The notes under the pieces were generated by a model that did no database searches, was not told the DNA's origin, and saw only the letters and a program-made list of their open reading frames with translations. Shown here piece after piece: positions 1-13,022 of a DNA stretch of 64,000 bases. Source of the stretch: Pseudovirgaria hyperparasitica (Eukaryota); NCBI GenBank assembly GCA_010093815.1, contig ML996597.1; one strand, 5' to 3'. The position numbers and the translations under genes were made by a program. Within the stretch, counting starts at the first letter, position 1. The number at the start of each line of letters is the position of its first letter.

Positions 1-1018
1 ATAGTCTATTACGGCTAGATCCTATTATATAACTCTATTTAGATATATATTCCTTATATAAGGAATATTATATATCTATTTATACCTGCCCTTTTTACAC
101 TCTTAATAGAGTCTCTATATTTAGTAAACTTTAAAGTTCTATATCTAGCGATAGTATAGAAGAGTTATAGTAACGAGTATATTAAGGTTACTAAAGAGGT
201 TTCTTACCCTAGAACTCGTACTTCACGCTATTCTTAAAGGTAATTATAATAACCTTATTCTTTATATTAGTAAGTAAGTAGATCTTATCTATAACTATAT
301 AGACTCTCTTCTAGCTAATAATTAACTAGTTATTAATAGTAAGAGTCCTCTACTATTTCTTCCTTATACTAAGACTATATACTATCTAGTAAGTATTAAA
401 GGCCTAGTTATTAGTACTAAGTCTTATACTAATTAAGTTATTAATTATACTCTTATATATCTTATATTTAAACGTATATCGCGGAATAGTAATAAGTTTA
501 TCTACTACCTTATTCTTTCTATTAATATATAATCTCTAGAATATATAGATCTTATATATCTTCTCTTTATCTTCTATAATCTTATTCTATTTACTATCTA
601 TAGAATCTACTAGAGAAGAAGTAGAAGAAGAAGAAGAAGATAGAGATAAAGAGATAGATAGAGGAGTAGATATAGACTCCGGAGGCGCTGAAATATTAAT
701 AATATATAGTTTTTTTAGCGCCGCGGTACGTTTACGAGCTTATTTCTTTATTATTACCCTTATAGTAGTAGCCTCTACTAATTTAGTAGTAGATTTATAC
801 TAATAAGAAGGAGAAGAAGAAGGAGAAGGTTTAACTAACATGTCTATTATAAACTAAATACTTTAAGTAGATTTTTTTAATCTAGAGAAGGGTATATAGA
901 TAAAAAAATATATAGAGACTTAATACTAAGTATATTAACTAATATTTAATAGTATATATATATTTAGACCTTATATAGCGGTAAGTATATAATAAAATAC
1001 TAGAATATATCCGTCTCA
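1..1018 (-). mobile_element. RIP-degenerated repeat, probably an LTR retrotransposon relic (truncated by the window edge)
   Basis: Very AT-rich with abundant TpA, few CpA/TpG and no long ORF, the signature of repeat-induced point mutation. Composition changes sharply at ~1018, exactly at a TG...CA-bounded segment. Strand is tentative. Confidence 0.7.
841..1018 (-). repeat. Putative LTR (178 bp, TG...CA)
   Basis: Plus strand starts TGTC (841) and ends CTCA (1018). The minus strand carries a TATA-like CTATATAAGG. The right end coincides with the end of the AT-rich block. The second LTR copy is not in the window. Confidence 0.4.
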
Positions 1019-1640
1019 CGTAAATTTGGGTAGGAGAGACATAGCGCAATATCCGAATGCCAAGAGAGTCAGGTTCTAGGCAAACGACGAATAGTATTGG
1101 ATACTCGGGGTTTTGGGATGCGCCAGCTACCAGCGCAGTTGTACCATAAGCAGCTGGCATGGCACTTTTGTAGATTGAGCGCCAGAGACAACTATTCAAG
1201 ATAGCGATGTTATTAGAACCTCCTGAGTCTGTTATAGTATGCTTGTTGTCTGTCGTGCAGGTAATAATATCTGTAGCCTTATTACCAAGCTAGGCGGACT
1301 TTTTGCACAGGCCCGGCCAGGTTCCTGCCTGAGGCCAGTACAACCTGGGAATCAGCCAGTTGTGTGTACATCATCGCGTCCCTGGCGATTACGCTTCTCA
1401 CCATCTCTCCCCAACACCATCTCTCTTCCACCACACTTCTTTCATCGCCATCTACGCCTTCGACACATTCCTTCCACCCACGCCTTTACCGAATTCCGTC
1501 TCTCTGTCTTCTTGCTACCGCCTCGCCCCATAAGGTAGCCTGCGAGTTCTGCGTGCCTCCCGTCACGAGCTCCAAGCTCTATTCGCTTCGGCGTCCTTCT
1601 ATCACTACTACCTTTCGCACCCTCCTTCGCACAACGAGAC

Positions 1641-4600
1641 ATGGCTGCTGTACTCAGCCCTAGCTCACATCGAAACTCTGGTAGCTACGTCAATATGGGT
1701 AGCTTGTCTTCAGCTGCCGGCCTCGTCGGCTTCCTCTCCGAGCATGACGCCGCACTCAGGTCTTTCGCTCTACAAAAGCTGAACGAAGAGATCGATCTGC
1801 TCTGGCCTGAGGTCGCAGGCTCTGTCGGCCAGATTGAAGCTTTGTATGAAGACGAGTCGTTTCCAGAACGTGAGCTAGCTGCTCTTGTCGCGGCGAAGGT
1901 GTACTATCATCTTCAAGAATACAATGAAAGTATGGTCTTTGCTCTAGGGTCCGGCAAGCTCTTCAACTTCAACTACCCAGGCGAATTTGAAGAACGTATA
2001 TTAGGTGTGTATTTCTCTCAGCCTGCTGATGCAGTCGATGATTAACGCAAGCCAGCAAAATGTCTTGATACGTACATCGCCCTATCAGCCATGCACAATC
2101 CACCCGCTCCGGCGAGCCGAGTCAGCGACCCTCCACCTCAACTCACAACCCATTTCCCAGCCAATACGAGTGGAGGTGCGAGCACTGCGGCCAGCATGAC
2201 TTCCCCCACCACACCATTTTCCCAGTCGACTCTTCCATCGAAATCCTTGCTCTCGCGACAGGACTCAAGCACCTTTGATGCTTCGCAGCCAGGGGGTGGT
2301 AACGCAGGAGTTGCTGGTGCGCATCCCTCTCCTTTAATACTTCAGCGTAGCGTGCAAAAGAACCTTCAAGCCATCATCAAGAGGATATTTGAGAGCTGCT
2401 ACCAAGATGGTGACTACAAGCAAGTTGTCGGGATTGCCATCGAGGCACGCAACCTAAACGTACTACGCGAAGCTATTTTGCGCGCCAGTCAAGATGAGAA
2501 GAGAAGTAAGAAGGTTCAAGGAGGACCGAGTAAGAGTGCGGAGCTGATGGAGTATGTGCTGGATATCTGCATGAACGTAGTCCAGGAGCGTGGGATTCGA
2601 ACGGAAATCCTCCGCCTGATCCTGGACCTCTTGAACGAAATCCAGAATCTGGATTACTTCTCAATCGCCAAGTGTGTCGTTTACCTTAATGAGCATTCGA
2701 TGGCTTCCACCCTCCTGCAGTCACTAGTCAAGAATGGAGATGCACGATCGTTGGCCATCGCTTACCAAATCTCGTTCGATCTGTATGACAATGGGACCCA
2801 GGAATTCTTGGCCAATGTGATGGAAGGTCTGCCGGATACAGGAGATAAAGACGAGAAAGTCATGGGAACCGCGAACGGCAGTATTCCTGAGCTAGCCCCT
2901 GAGCCGAAGGAGACAGATGGTCTTCTTGCTGGCCAAGAAAGTAATGGAGATGCGCCTTCCACTTCTACAATCGCTAATCGACCTAAAGAAGATATACTTT
3001 CTGCAGAGAAGAAGAAAGCTTTCTCGTCAATACGATATATTCTACGTGGCACCAAGAGCATCGAGCTCAATCTCGAGTTCCTCTACAGGAATAATCATGC
3101 GGACAAAAACGTTCTCAACAAGGTCCGTGATAGTCTCGAAGCACGGAACTCAATCTTTCACACCGGTGTCACCTTTTCAAACGCCTTTATGCATGCTGGA
3201 ACTACAAACGACAGCTTTTTCAGAGATAACTTGGAGTGGTTAGGCAAGGCCGTCAACTGGTCGAAGTTCACGGCCACAGCTGCATTGGGGGTGATACACA
3301 GAGGCAATATCACCCAAGGACTAAAACTTTTAGATCCATACCTGCCAAAGGAGACCAGTGTCGCAGGCTCCTCGTACAGCCAGGGCGGCTCTTTGTATGC
3401 CCTTGGCCTGATATACAGCAACCACGGTACCCACGTCTTAGAATACCTCAAGCAGCAATTCGAAAAGGCATCAGAAGAGGTCGTCCAACATGGAGGTGCC
3501 CTTGGGCTGGGTGTTGCTGGCATGGCGACTGGAAATACGTCCATACTCGAGGCATTGACGAACGCACTTCACACAGACTCCGCGATCAGTGGAGAAGCTG
3601 TGGGTCTGTCTATGGGTCTTGTCATGCTAGGTACAGGCAATATTAAGGCGCTTGAAGATATGATCAGTTATGCACACGACACCCAGCACGAAAAGATCGT
3701 CCGAGGGTTGGCTCTCGGAATGGCCTTGATCATGTACGGCAGACAAGAAGCTGCCGATGAGCTCGTGAATGGTCTGTTGGACGAGCCAGACCCGACTCTA
3801 AGGTATGGTGGCATCATGACCATCGCACTAGCATATGCCGGTACAGGAAGCAATAAAGCTGTGAGGAAGCTGTTGCACGTTGCCGTGAGCGATGTCAGTG
3901 ATGATGTCCGCAGAGTGGCAGTGATGAGCTTGGGTTTCGTTCTCTTCCGCAAGCCCGGCAGCGTCCCAAGGATGGTGGAGCTCCTCGCTGAGTCGTACAA
4001 CCCTCACGTACGTTACGGTGCAACAATGGCACTTGGGATTGCGTGTGCTGGAACTGGTTTGGACGAAGCCATTGATCTCCTCGAACCTATGATGAAAGAT
4101 TCAACGGATTTTGTGAGACAAGGTGCATTGATCTCCTTGTCAATGATTATGATACAGCAGAACGAGGCAATGAATCCAAAGGTTGCCACAATCCGAAAGA
4201 CCTTGACCAAGATCATAGGAGACCGTCACGAAGACGCAATGGCCAAATTTGGCTGCGCTTTGGCACTCGGTATAATCGATGCTGGGGGCAGAAACTGCAC
4301 AATCGGGCTTCAGACTCAGACCGGCAATCTCAACATGACTGCTATCGTCGGAATGGCTGTCTTCACCCAGTACTGGTACTGGTTCCCGTTGACGCACTTC
4401 ATCTCCTTGAGTTTCACTCCTACAGCCATCATTGGTCTTGACCAAGACATGGATATTCCTCAGTTCAAATTCCATAGCGCGACGCGTCCAAGCATGTTTG
4501 ACTACCCACCCGAGGCTGAAGTGAAGGCAGAAGAAGCGCCCGAGAAAGTGAAGACGGCAGTACTGTCGACTACTGCACAAGCCAAGCGGAGGAAGATGGT

Positions 4601-5271
4601 GAAGGAGAAGGAAGAGAAGAAGAAGAGACGTGAGAGCATGGATGTTGATCCGGCGCCAACAACACCCAAGGCATCTGCAGAGGACGACAAGATGAACATT
4701 GACGACGAGCCGAAGAGTAAAGACGACAAGGCTGATGGTGAAAAAGAGATCACACCGGCAGTGGAGTCCGCCAAGAAGAGGATAGAAAAGGAAAAGGTCG
4801 GGTACGAGCTGGGCAACATGTCTCGTGTACTTCCGGCTCAGGTGAAGTACATTAGCTTTCCTGAGCAGAGGTACCAGCCTGTCAAACCTGTAAGTCCTCA
4901 TATATATATGTGAAATGATCTATATGTTACTAATTCGGGCGTAGCCTTCTGGCGGAGTCGTACTCCTCACAGACACCCAACCATCGGAGCCCAAGTCACT
5001 GTTAGAGCTCAGGGTCAAGAAGATGACGGCAGCACCAGCGCCGGGAGCTCCAGGCCAAGCACAGACGGATCGCGCTGCAGCAGATCCGTTCTCGACACCC
5101 GTGCGTGGTGCTGAAGGCCGAAGCGGTGCCGCAGAAGCTGCCGGTGTCCTGACGGCAGAGGATGAGGACGACGAGGACGAGGACGAGGAAGGTGTCGAGG
5201 CAGAGGTACCAGGGGATTTTACCTACATCACAGACGGGGAAGATGAAGATGACGACGACGAGTCGTCATAG
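1641..5271 (+). CDS. RPN2: 26S proteasome regulatory subunit Rpn2 (PSMD1)
   Basis: Motifs SSAAG..., LVAAKVYYHL, WSKFTATAALGVIH, PC repeats (LLHVAVSDVSDDVRR, ESYNPHVRYG) and an acidic C-terminus. Introns 2005-2055 and 4890-4944. The start could be the second Met at 1695. Confidence 0.95.
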
Positions 5272-5467
5272 AAGAAGAAGAAGAAGAAAACAAGAAGCAG
5301 AAACAGACTCGGTCCTTTTCTTGTAACCATAGAAATCTCGCCCCCTGGTTTTTTTTTCTGAAACCGGTACACATGGCATCGCTTACCTTGTTGACAGCAT
5401 ATGTCGTTCTTGTCTCTTCTGCATGATTGCGGCGTCGTGTGTCTGTGCATGCATGATGTTGGCTGGA

Positions 5468-5530
5468 CAGGCAGGGCAGGGCAGGGCAGTGGTGGCTCTG
5501 CACCCGGGACCCGGGACCCGGGACCCGGGG
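5468..5530. repeat. Short tandem repeats (CAGGG)n and (CCCGGGA)x3-4
   Basis: Seen directly downstream of RPN2: caggcagggcagggcagggcag and cccgggacccgggacccgggacccgggg. Confidence 0.7.
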
Positions 5531-5913
5531 ATCTGGCATAGTGAATCGTCCAATTAGTAGTAGACTGTGACTGTAATATAATCCCATCAAGTTTATCATT
5601 ATATATATATGTCGAGGATTCCGTTTCGACCACAATTGAATTGGTCCTTCTGTACGAGCATGACAAACAGCATCATGTTGTACCTGGCTGGCAGAAGAGC
5701 CACGGCCTGATGATCACTTGGCATGGTACAACATATGGATAAGGGAGTTGCGTTTATTCATGATTTGTCTATTGTGCAAACACACACACACACAGGCACC
5801 AGTCAAGTTTCTTTATCGATCGATGTATTATTTACTCTGATCTACGGACAAGACATTAATCATTAGGTCGTTGTAGGCCAATAACATGGAAGTCGGTCCC
5901 ACACGTCTTGCAA

Positions 5914-7606
5914 TCATCCATAATTACCGCCCTTCTTCTCACGCTCCCAGTCCTGCAACCAAGACTTGACAAAGGACCTTTCATAGGATTGGGCCTTCTT
6001 CACCGGTTTAGGGGGCAAGTCAGCCGTGGTCTCGTTCTTGAACAGCCCGTTCTCGTCCCAGTGGTGCACAGCGAGGCCAGCAATGACCACGAACGGCTGT
6101 TCAATGGTGTTTTGCCTGGGAGGAGCCACGTCGGCGTGCGGCGTGGCCTGCTTCCATGGGTCGGCTTCTCCGTCGATGATGGCGAGACGGGGGTATGAAA
6201 TGTTGAAGCCGCCAAATTTGTTGATGGCCTCGACGTCGGACGGCTCCGTAATGTTGAAGGCGTACTTGCAGATGAGCGATGAGTATGGAATATCTATCAG
6301 GCGGGAGATGAGGGGTAGTTGAGTGGCGGGCACGCCACTTCCAGTCTGGAGGTAGCCCCACTGGGTGCAGTATTGATATGGCCAAAGGCGCCACTCATCG
6401 TGAATGCTGTCTTGCTCGTAGAATGTGACATTGTAGTTGCCAAAGCACGCGTCTTGGGATCTGCCTGACTTCGTGCAGGAATCGACACGAGTGAGCTTCG
6501 TGTAGCCAATGTAGTTTAGCATGGCAGTGGTCAGATTGCCCGGGTTGTATCCAGTGCTGTTGATTGTTTGTTCGACAGTCGATCGGAGAGACTCGGTCTC
6601 GGGGTATAGAACATTCTTGGACGTGATATTGTTGCAATACTTGAAGAATTCATCGTCCGAGACTTTCGGGTCCCAATTGAGACTCTGCCAGTTAGTAACG
6701 CCAGCGCTCAGTGCATTGGCGAAATCATCGTCGTGGGTAATGTTAGCCATGTAAAACGTCTTCTTCAACTGAGAGATTGCACTGGAATCTTTCTTCAACA
6801 GGACAGTGTCGACGACAGCAGTCAACTCCTGTGTTGCCAAAACGCAATCCTTTGGACCGTAGTTTCTCTGGGCCTCATAGTACTGCCAGAAGTCGAAAAT
6901 GGCCTCAGTCACACCGGACGAGCTGATAGCGCCCCAGAACAGGTCTGGGTATGTCACACGGAGGAAAGCGACGAAAGCGCCGGCATACGAGCCTCCATAC
7001 AAGATCCATGGGTTTTTGGGAGCAGTCAGATCGAGATGCTCGAGTCCAGGAAACTTGATATTCCGGGCGAAGAAAGCAGTGTCGGCCATGGCCTGTTCAT
7101 GGGTTAACCATCGGAGATTTTCAGTCGAGAAGTCCTCGGTGGGAATGCTGGTTCCATAGTACCGGTGCTCAAGCACGACAGCAATACCGTTATTAGCTTG
7201 CGCCAACTGAGCAATCAAGCCCTTTTGAAGGAAGGGCAAACGGCCAACACCGCTGGTCTCTCCTGAAGCCAGGACAAAGATTGGGCCGCCCTCTTTGTAG
7301 TGAGAGGCATCGAACCAGTACCGGTTGGGGAAGACGCCATCCGAGTGAGGCTCGTACGCGGTGATGTTATGGAAGTGGTCAATTGGAATAGAAATCGTAT
7401 GCTCCGGGTACAGGTCCGTAGGTTTGACAGCCTCGCGCTTCGCGAGAGCTGTGCCAGACTTCTCAGCAGGTCAGCATCTGTTTGTGCCGCTGGAGAGGTT
7501 TCTGGATTCCTACCTTGAGTAGATCACCAATCGAGACACCGGCCTGCTGCCATGCAGCGACAGCGTTGAGGAGCAACAGTAAAGCAGCTACAGGACGGAA
7601 AGCCAT
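5914..7606 (-). CDS. Secreted serine carboxypeptidase, peptidase family S28
   Basis: Signal peptide MAFRPVAALLLLLNAVAA, then IPIDHF, LEHRYYG, nucleophile GGSYAG, DPW and HHWD. One intron at ~7513-7460. Confidence 0.9.
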
Positions 7607-8494
7607 GACTGGAGTAGGAGACGAGCACCGGTAATGGCGGCAGGAGGGCAAACGGTTCTCTTTAGTCCAAAGAGGGTCTCAAGCTACCAGGCCGCGGGCA
7701 ACATGGAGCACCATGATACGGCATCATGGTGCATCACATATCATGGTGTATCCATGCGAATGAGCGGGGCGGCATGGGGAGCAATAGCAACATTCCTATC
7801 TCGGCAGATTGACAAGGGCGGAAGAGCGGCTGCGATGAAGCCACAGCCGGCTTGTCGCCATGATGCGAGTGTGTTAGTGTTGTTGAAGTTTGGTTGTTGA
7901 GTAATTAACTAGTATCGATGGCAGATCGTGCTCCGAGTTGATATTCATTTGAGAATTTGACGGCATCACAGACACCGGGCCGGGATCGCATGGTGATCAA
8001 AGCTCAAAGCTCGATGTGGTGATGGAGGGGGAGCAACGAGCTATCGACAGGATTGGAAGGTGCTCGTTCCGACGGGATAACCTCCTGCACGCGATCATAT
8101 AGAATTTCGTTATTAAAAGCTTAAGAGTGTCTGCTGCTGAGGCGTAATCGTGTGTATTGTTGTGTGCATTAACGTATATATATACACAGAGGGATATGTG
8201 TATATTACATAATTAATTAATAATACCCGCTATATTCTTCCTCCCGTCATGTCCGAGTACGAGGGAGCCGTGCACGAGGCACAAATTCACCGCATCCGGC
8301 CTAGCGTTCTATACTTGGACCCTGGACAGCGGGATCTAAACAGCACCGCAGCTGTCAATACCGGCGATCATTCAAGCGTGCACGTGCAGTACTATCATTA
8401 ATTACAACTACGACAGATACAACATGCAATGTCATATATGTACATAGTATGCTAAATGAATGTGCATATCCTATCATCACTCTCTGATAACAAC

Positions 8495-10344
8495 TCATCT
8501 CCACCCGTGCCAGAACCTCCACCATCCCTTCTCTTGTCCGTCACCCTCTCGTCTGCTCTTCCGTGCCACCCTGAAGAAATACACCGGCACACCAGCCACC
8601 ATGAAGCCCACAACAATCAATGTCTTGAACGGCTCCGCAAAGACCGCTCTGCTGAGCAAGAACAAGCTGACGCAGCAGAAGATGATTGGTGTTGTGATCC
8701 ACGTCTTGTACGGCCGTTCCAACTTTGGCTCTCGCACACGGAGGACAATCAGTCCTAGCACCGTGAAAAAGTAGAATATATACCCTGCCACTCCGTAAAA
8801 CGTCGTCAGCGCCTCAAACTCGCCTACCACCACATATACTGCTGCAAGGACTGTGTTGAGCAGCATTGCGTTGACTGGAGTGAAGAAAAGTCCTGCCTCG
8901 TCCGCCATCAGTCGCGCCACTATGCCTTTCGACCTCAATGTCCGCGACGATCCAAGACGGACCACCGTTCGCGATCCGACCCCAATCTTCCCAAATATCG
9001 AGGGGAGAAATCCTTCTTGGCCAGCTGCATAAGCTAAGCGGCCACTTGTAAAGCAGTTTGCATTGAGCGCCCCGAAACAGCTACCCGCAACTATCAATGC
9101 TAGGAAGAACGCGCCGACCGGACCAAACACTTTTGCCCCAAATGTGACTGCCACAGTGTTGCTCGATTCGATCACGTCCATCGGGAGAACGAAGAAGTAC
9201 GCCACATTGGCTAGGATGTAGGACACGATGACGATTGGTATAGATGTATGGATAACGCGAGGAAGGTCCCTATGCGGGTTAACCATTTCACCCGTAACGT
9301 AGTTGACCTGCGCCGAGTTAGTTAAGAATGAGGAATCAGAAGAGTGGCAGAACTTGCATTATCCCATCCATCGAACGCCCACAGACCTGCGTATATAGCA
9401 ACTGCCCAGTTCGAGACATCCTTGTTTGTACCTTCGAACCATCCGTGAGTCTTCCATTCGTCGCTAGGCTCTCCTTTCCATGTGAATCCCGTTGCCGCAA
9501 CCACAATCCCAATCACAGTAACTCCGAGTAATGCGACGAACTTGAAAAACATGAACACGTCTGCGGACCGTGTGCCGAGCTTCGTAGAGACACAATTCAA
9601 CGCTGTGACCAAGACCAACGCTCCCAGAGCAATACCCTTGCTGATCCATATGCTGGTCGCCATGGCGTCTGGCCCAATGACAGCTCTTACGATATACTCC
9701 CCAAATATTATAGCAACAATAGCGGCAGACCCTGGTTTGAGAACACATATGGCGCACCATGTGAATTCGAAGCCTGCGAGTTCGCCAAAGATTTTTGAAA
9801 GATATACCTGTGCGCCTCCGTTCAACGGAATAGCACCTCCCAGCTCAGCATAGCTGGCAGCTCCCGTCCAGGTAAGAAGCCCTGCAATGACCCATACAAT
9901 GAGCGACGCACCGGGTGATCCCGCGTTCTTGTTCACCTGAGCTGGCGACGAGAATATCCCGGAACCAACGATGATCCCAATCACCAGTGACAGGCCATTC
10001 AAGTAGGTCAGGGTCTTGTTCTTCTCCAAAGAACCTCCGTTCAGGTTGTGTGTAGGGTCTAGTGACGTGGACGAGGGCGCGCCGAGTGCTGTATAGCCAA
10101 CGGCTGTACTCGAGAGAGGAAAGAGGTTTGCGGAGAAGTCAAATGTTGAATTGACCGAGTACGATCGGTTGCGCGCCGCCGCTGGATTCCGTTCGGAGAG
10201 TGGATCTTCTTCGTCGAAGGAGAGCTTTCGTGAAGAGGCTATTCCCGACGCTGACGACTCTATTGAGCTGCGCGCAGAGTGTTCCGAGGACGCGAGAGAT
10301 GCTAGCTCGAGGGAGTCTCGCGGCAAGTATTGAATGCGCGGCAT
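8495..10344 (-). CDS. APC-superfamily amino-acid permease (LAT/Mup1-like)
   Basis: IIVGSGIFSSP, YAELG, AFDGWDN|VNYVTGEM and ERPYK motifs with many TM helices. GC-AG intron at 9357-9308. Confidence 0.9.
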
Positions 10345-10842
10345 CGTACAGTCGTAAGTGTCGTTATGCTACCGAATAATGAAAGACGTTACAGCCATTG
10401 TCTACAGCTATACCACAGGCGGATTTGCAACGAGTCTGGCTGCGTAGATAGGAGGCAGCTAAAACAGCTTGGTGTGTTTATGAATGATGAACTGATAGGG
10501 AAAGGACGTTCCAAGGTTCCAAGGTTAGACTAGACTGGTTCAGGACTAGACTGTGTTTCTAACTTACCAGCCAACTACCTTCATGTTTTCTTCATATTCA
10601 GTTTGTTTAGACATATCACCTATGATACCACACATTGACACAAATGGAAATTCCATGAATCTTTATAAATTTCATTGCGACAGCTACCGAGTGTCTACAT
10701 CAACTTTGTCGCGTCAATCGTCTACCCAGATGCAGGCGTCCTTCGATACTCGATTTTCCAGGGCGATGACCCTGGATGAACGCCGAGTAGTGCCACCACG
10801 TGTGAAGATCATATACTAATCCTCGCTGTAGGGATATGAGGC

Positions 10843-12420
10843 CTAGAGAGCCAAAGATGGTGCACTACGTTGGGAGAAGGGTGGAATCTGTTCAGCATGT
10901 TAGCCATGTGTCAGACAGCACATCGCTCCAACGGTTGATCCGTAGGAATCGTACCTCCAACAGCAATGCCAAATTCGAATACAGGAACGCGTTTGAGGCC
11001 TGATTACCGTACTATAGTTATGGTCAAATTTATCAGCCGCCATGTGAGCAGAGCATTGTGATCTTATATGCATATAGGCTAAACTCTGCTCGCTGTTGGC
11101 TCCAGGGCCTCCCGGGTAGATCCAAGTCACAGTGCCATAGTGAGGCGTCTGCAGGTTTGGAAAATAGCTACGAAAGTCTATGCTGTCGCCGTCGTCACCA
11201 CCTTCGTCGGTGTCAAGCCACTGCTGAGTTCCACGAAAGTACAAGTCTTTGCCACCGAGAGTCTCACGGTATACCTCTGAGTAGTCTTCCTCATCCGAGT
11301 CTAAGCAGGTTATCAAGTCATACTGAAGCTTGTGTGCCTTGGCGGCTTCGTAGAGTGCCATATCTACTCCTTTGAGCATATCCGGAAGCAGAGAATGCAT
11401 TTTGTCGTTTGTGTGGGGGTAGGCGTGTGAACATACCACTCCGAGCTTACCACCTGCAGTCATGAAATCGGGACATCCAAGCAGATCTGCGAGCGATAAG
11501 TAGAGTGGAAGCTGCGTTGCGTCCATGGCTGTCGAACTGCCAGTTAAGAGTCCAGGACGCTGAGCAAGGTACAGATTGTAAGTTAGTGTAACGCGATGAC
11601 CAGACTTTACTTCTTCGACCTCATGCTCGCAGTCACTGTAGAATGCAGCCCATTTGATGGTAGGCTCATCTTGATCACCTTGAGACCAGTCGAAGCGGAC
11701 AGTCTCACCCTCGTGGCGAACAAGAAGGTCACCTCCTATATACAGCATTAGCAGGACTCGTGATATACTACTATTGGCTGCGCCACCTTGAAAATGCATT
11801 GGTAAAGCCACCACTAAACTTCCCACCTGACCATTACTCCTGGGCGTGTCGACGTGTGCCTTGAAGTGACCAGATGGACCGCTGTAGACGTTGAGCTTGT
11901 ACAGCTCTGCGCGGACACCGCGATGTAGCTCAACCGATGGCAGTAAGAGCTGGTTGATGATTTCCACAATACCAAGGCCATGTGGGTCGAAGTCTGTCAA
12001 GAATTGACTCGTGTCAAGCTTGGTAGCCTTGCGGTACGTTTCGTCGATCACATCGCGGCCCTGATAGCCGAAGCTAGCAGGCTCAGTTGCTGAAATCAGT
12101 TGTTGGAATAGTGACGATTGCTCGCCAGTTGGGAACAGCAGAGCTTTGCCGCAACCCTCGAGACGAATGCAGATCGGGGGAGAGGAGCGCACATGATCGG
12201 CTTGTACGTTGCTTTCTTTGGTTTCGATGTCCGGGTTGTCTTCCTTGTGCTTGTTCTCTTGTCTTCCATCTGAAGCATCGGAAGCAGAGGTAGTGACTGG
12301 GATAGACCCGCCACATGCAAACATGGCACTTTTCGAAACAGCAGAGAATGTTCCAGCGAAGTTCTCGATCAACTGCTCGCTTGCCGGGTCAGCAGTAGTC
12401 GGTACTCCTTGGGTGGCCAT
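10843..12420 (-). CDS. 2OG-Fe(II) oxygenase-family protein (prolyl-4-hydroxylase-like)
   Basis: YKLNVY, FKAHVDTPR (HxD), GSLVVALP, AFYSDCEHEV...SGHRVTLTYNL. Probable introns 11786-11736, 11067-11012 (non-canonical donor) and 10954-10888, which give the C-terminus YGNQ...IPPFSQR. Confidence 0.8.
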
Positions 12421-13022
12421 GGTAGAGTGAAACTGAGTTGACTGTCGCTTTGGTGGTAAGAGGGAAATGGACTGGAGAAAGTGGTGATAACACTGTTAGG
12501 GAGAGGCGTACGGGAGAAAGATAGCGTTATATATACCAGGTAGCTGGGTAGTTGCCGTGTTCTTTCATGCCAGGCAACCATGTGACTTGCATCGCGAAGC
12601 GCGTCATGTCACATTCTTCGGAGAGGCACGGTCGTTTCTGCCTAGTCTGTACACCCAACATGGCCTGGACGAGATCCTGGAGATCAATCGCAGACTTCGC
12701 CAAATAGCGTGACAACTTGACAAGCTAAGGAAACCTGCCTCAGTCATTGGAATAGTTCAACAGGGTATCCGAGAGGCCCTACAAGCGATGCGACATCTGA
12801 AAATATTGATGGTACCCTTAGACAACAGACATATTCAAATTTCGAAGCGACGTTGAGGACAGGAATAAGAAATTGCCAAGAAAAGTACTAGACTTGACGA
12901 TCCTAAACACCGACAATCTGCTGCGAAAGTCGAAATGCTCGCCATTGTGAAATGCCGACCGGGTATAAGTATAAATTGAAAGAGCCTGTGGCGACTGAGG
13001 AGACAAGATCCATTTCGGATAT

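Noticed and set aside
4140..4901. Long antisense ORFs overlapping RPN2 (and similar ones over other genes)
   Set aside because: Explained as shadow ORFs arising from codon bias of the real gene on the opposite strand.
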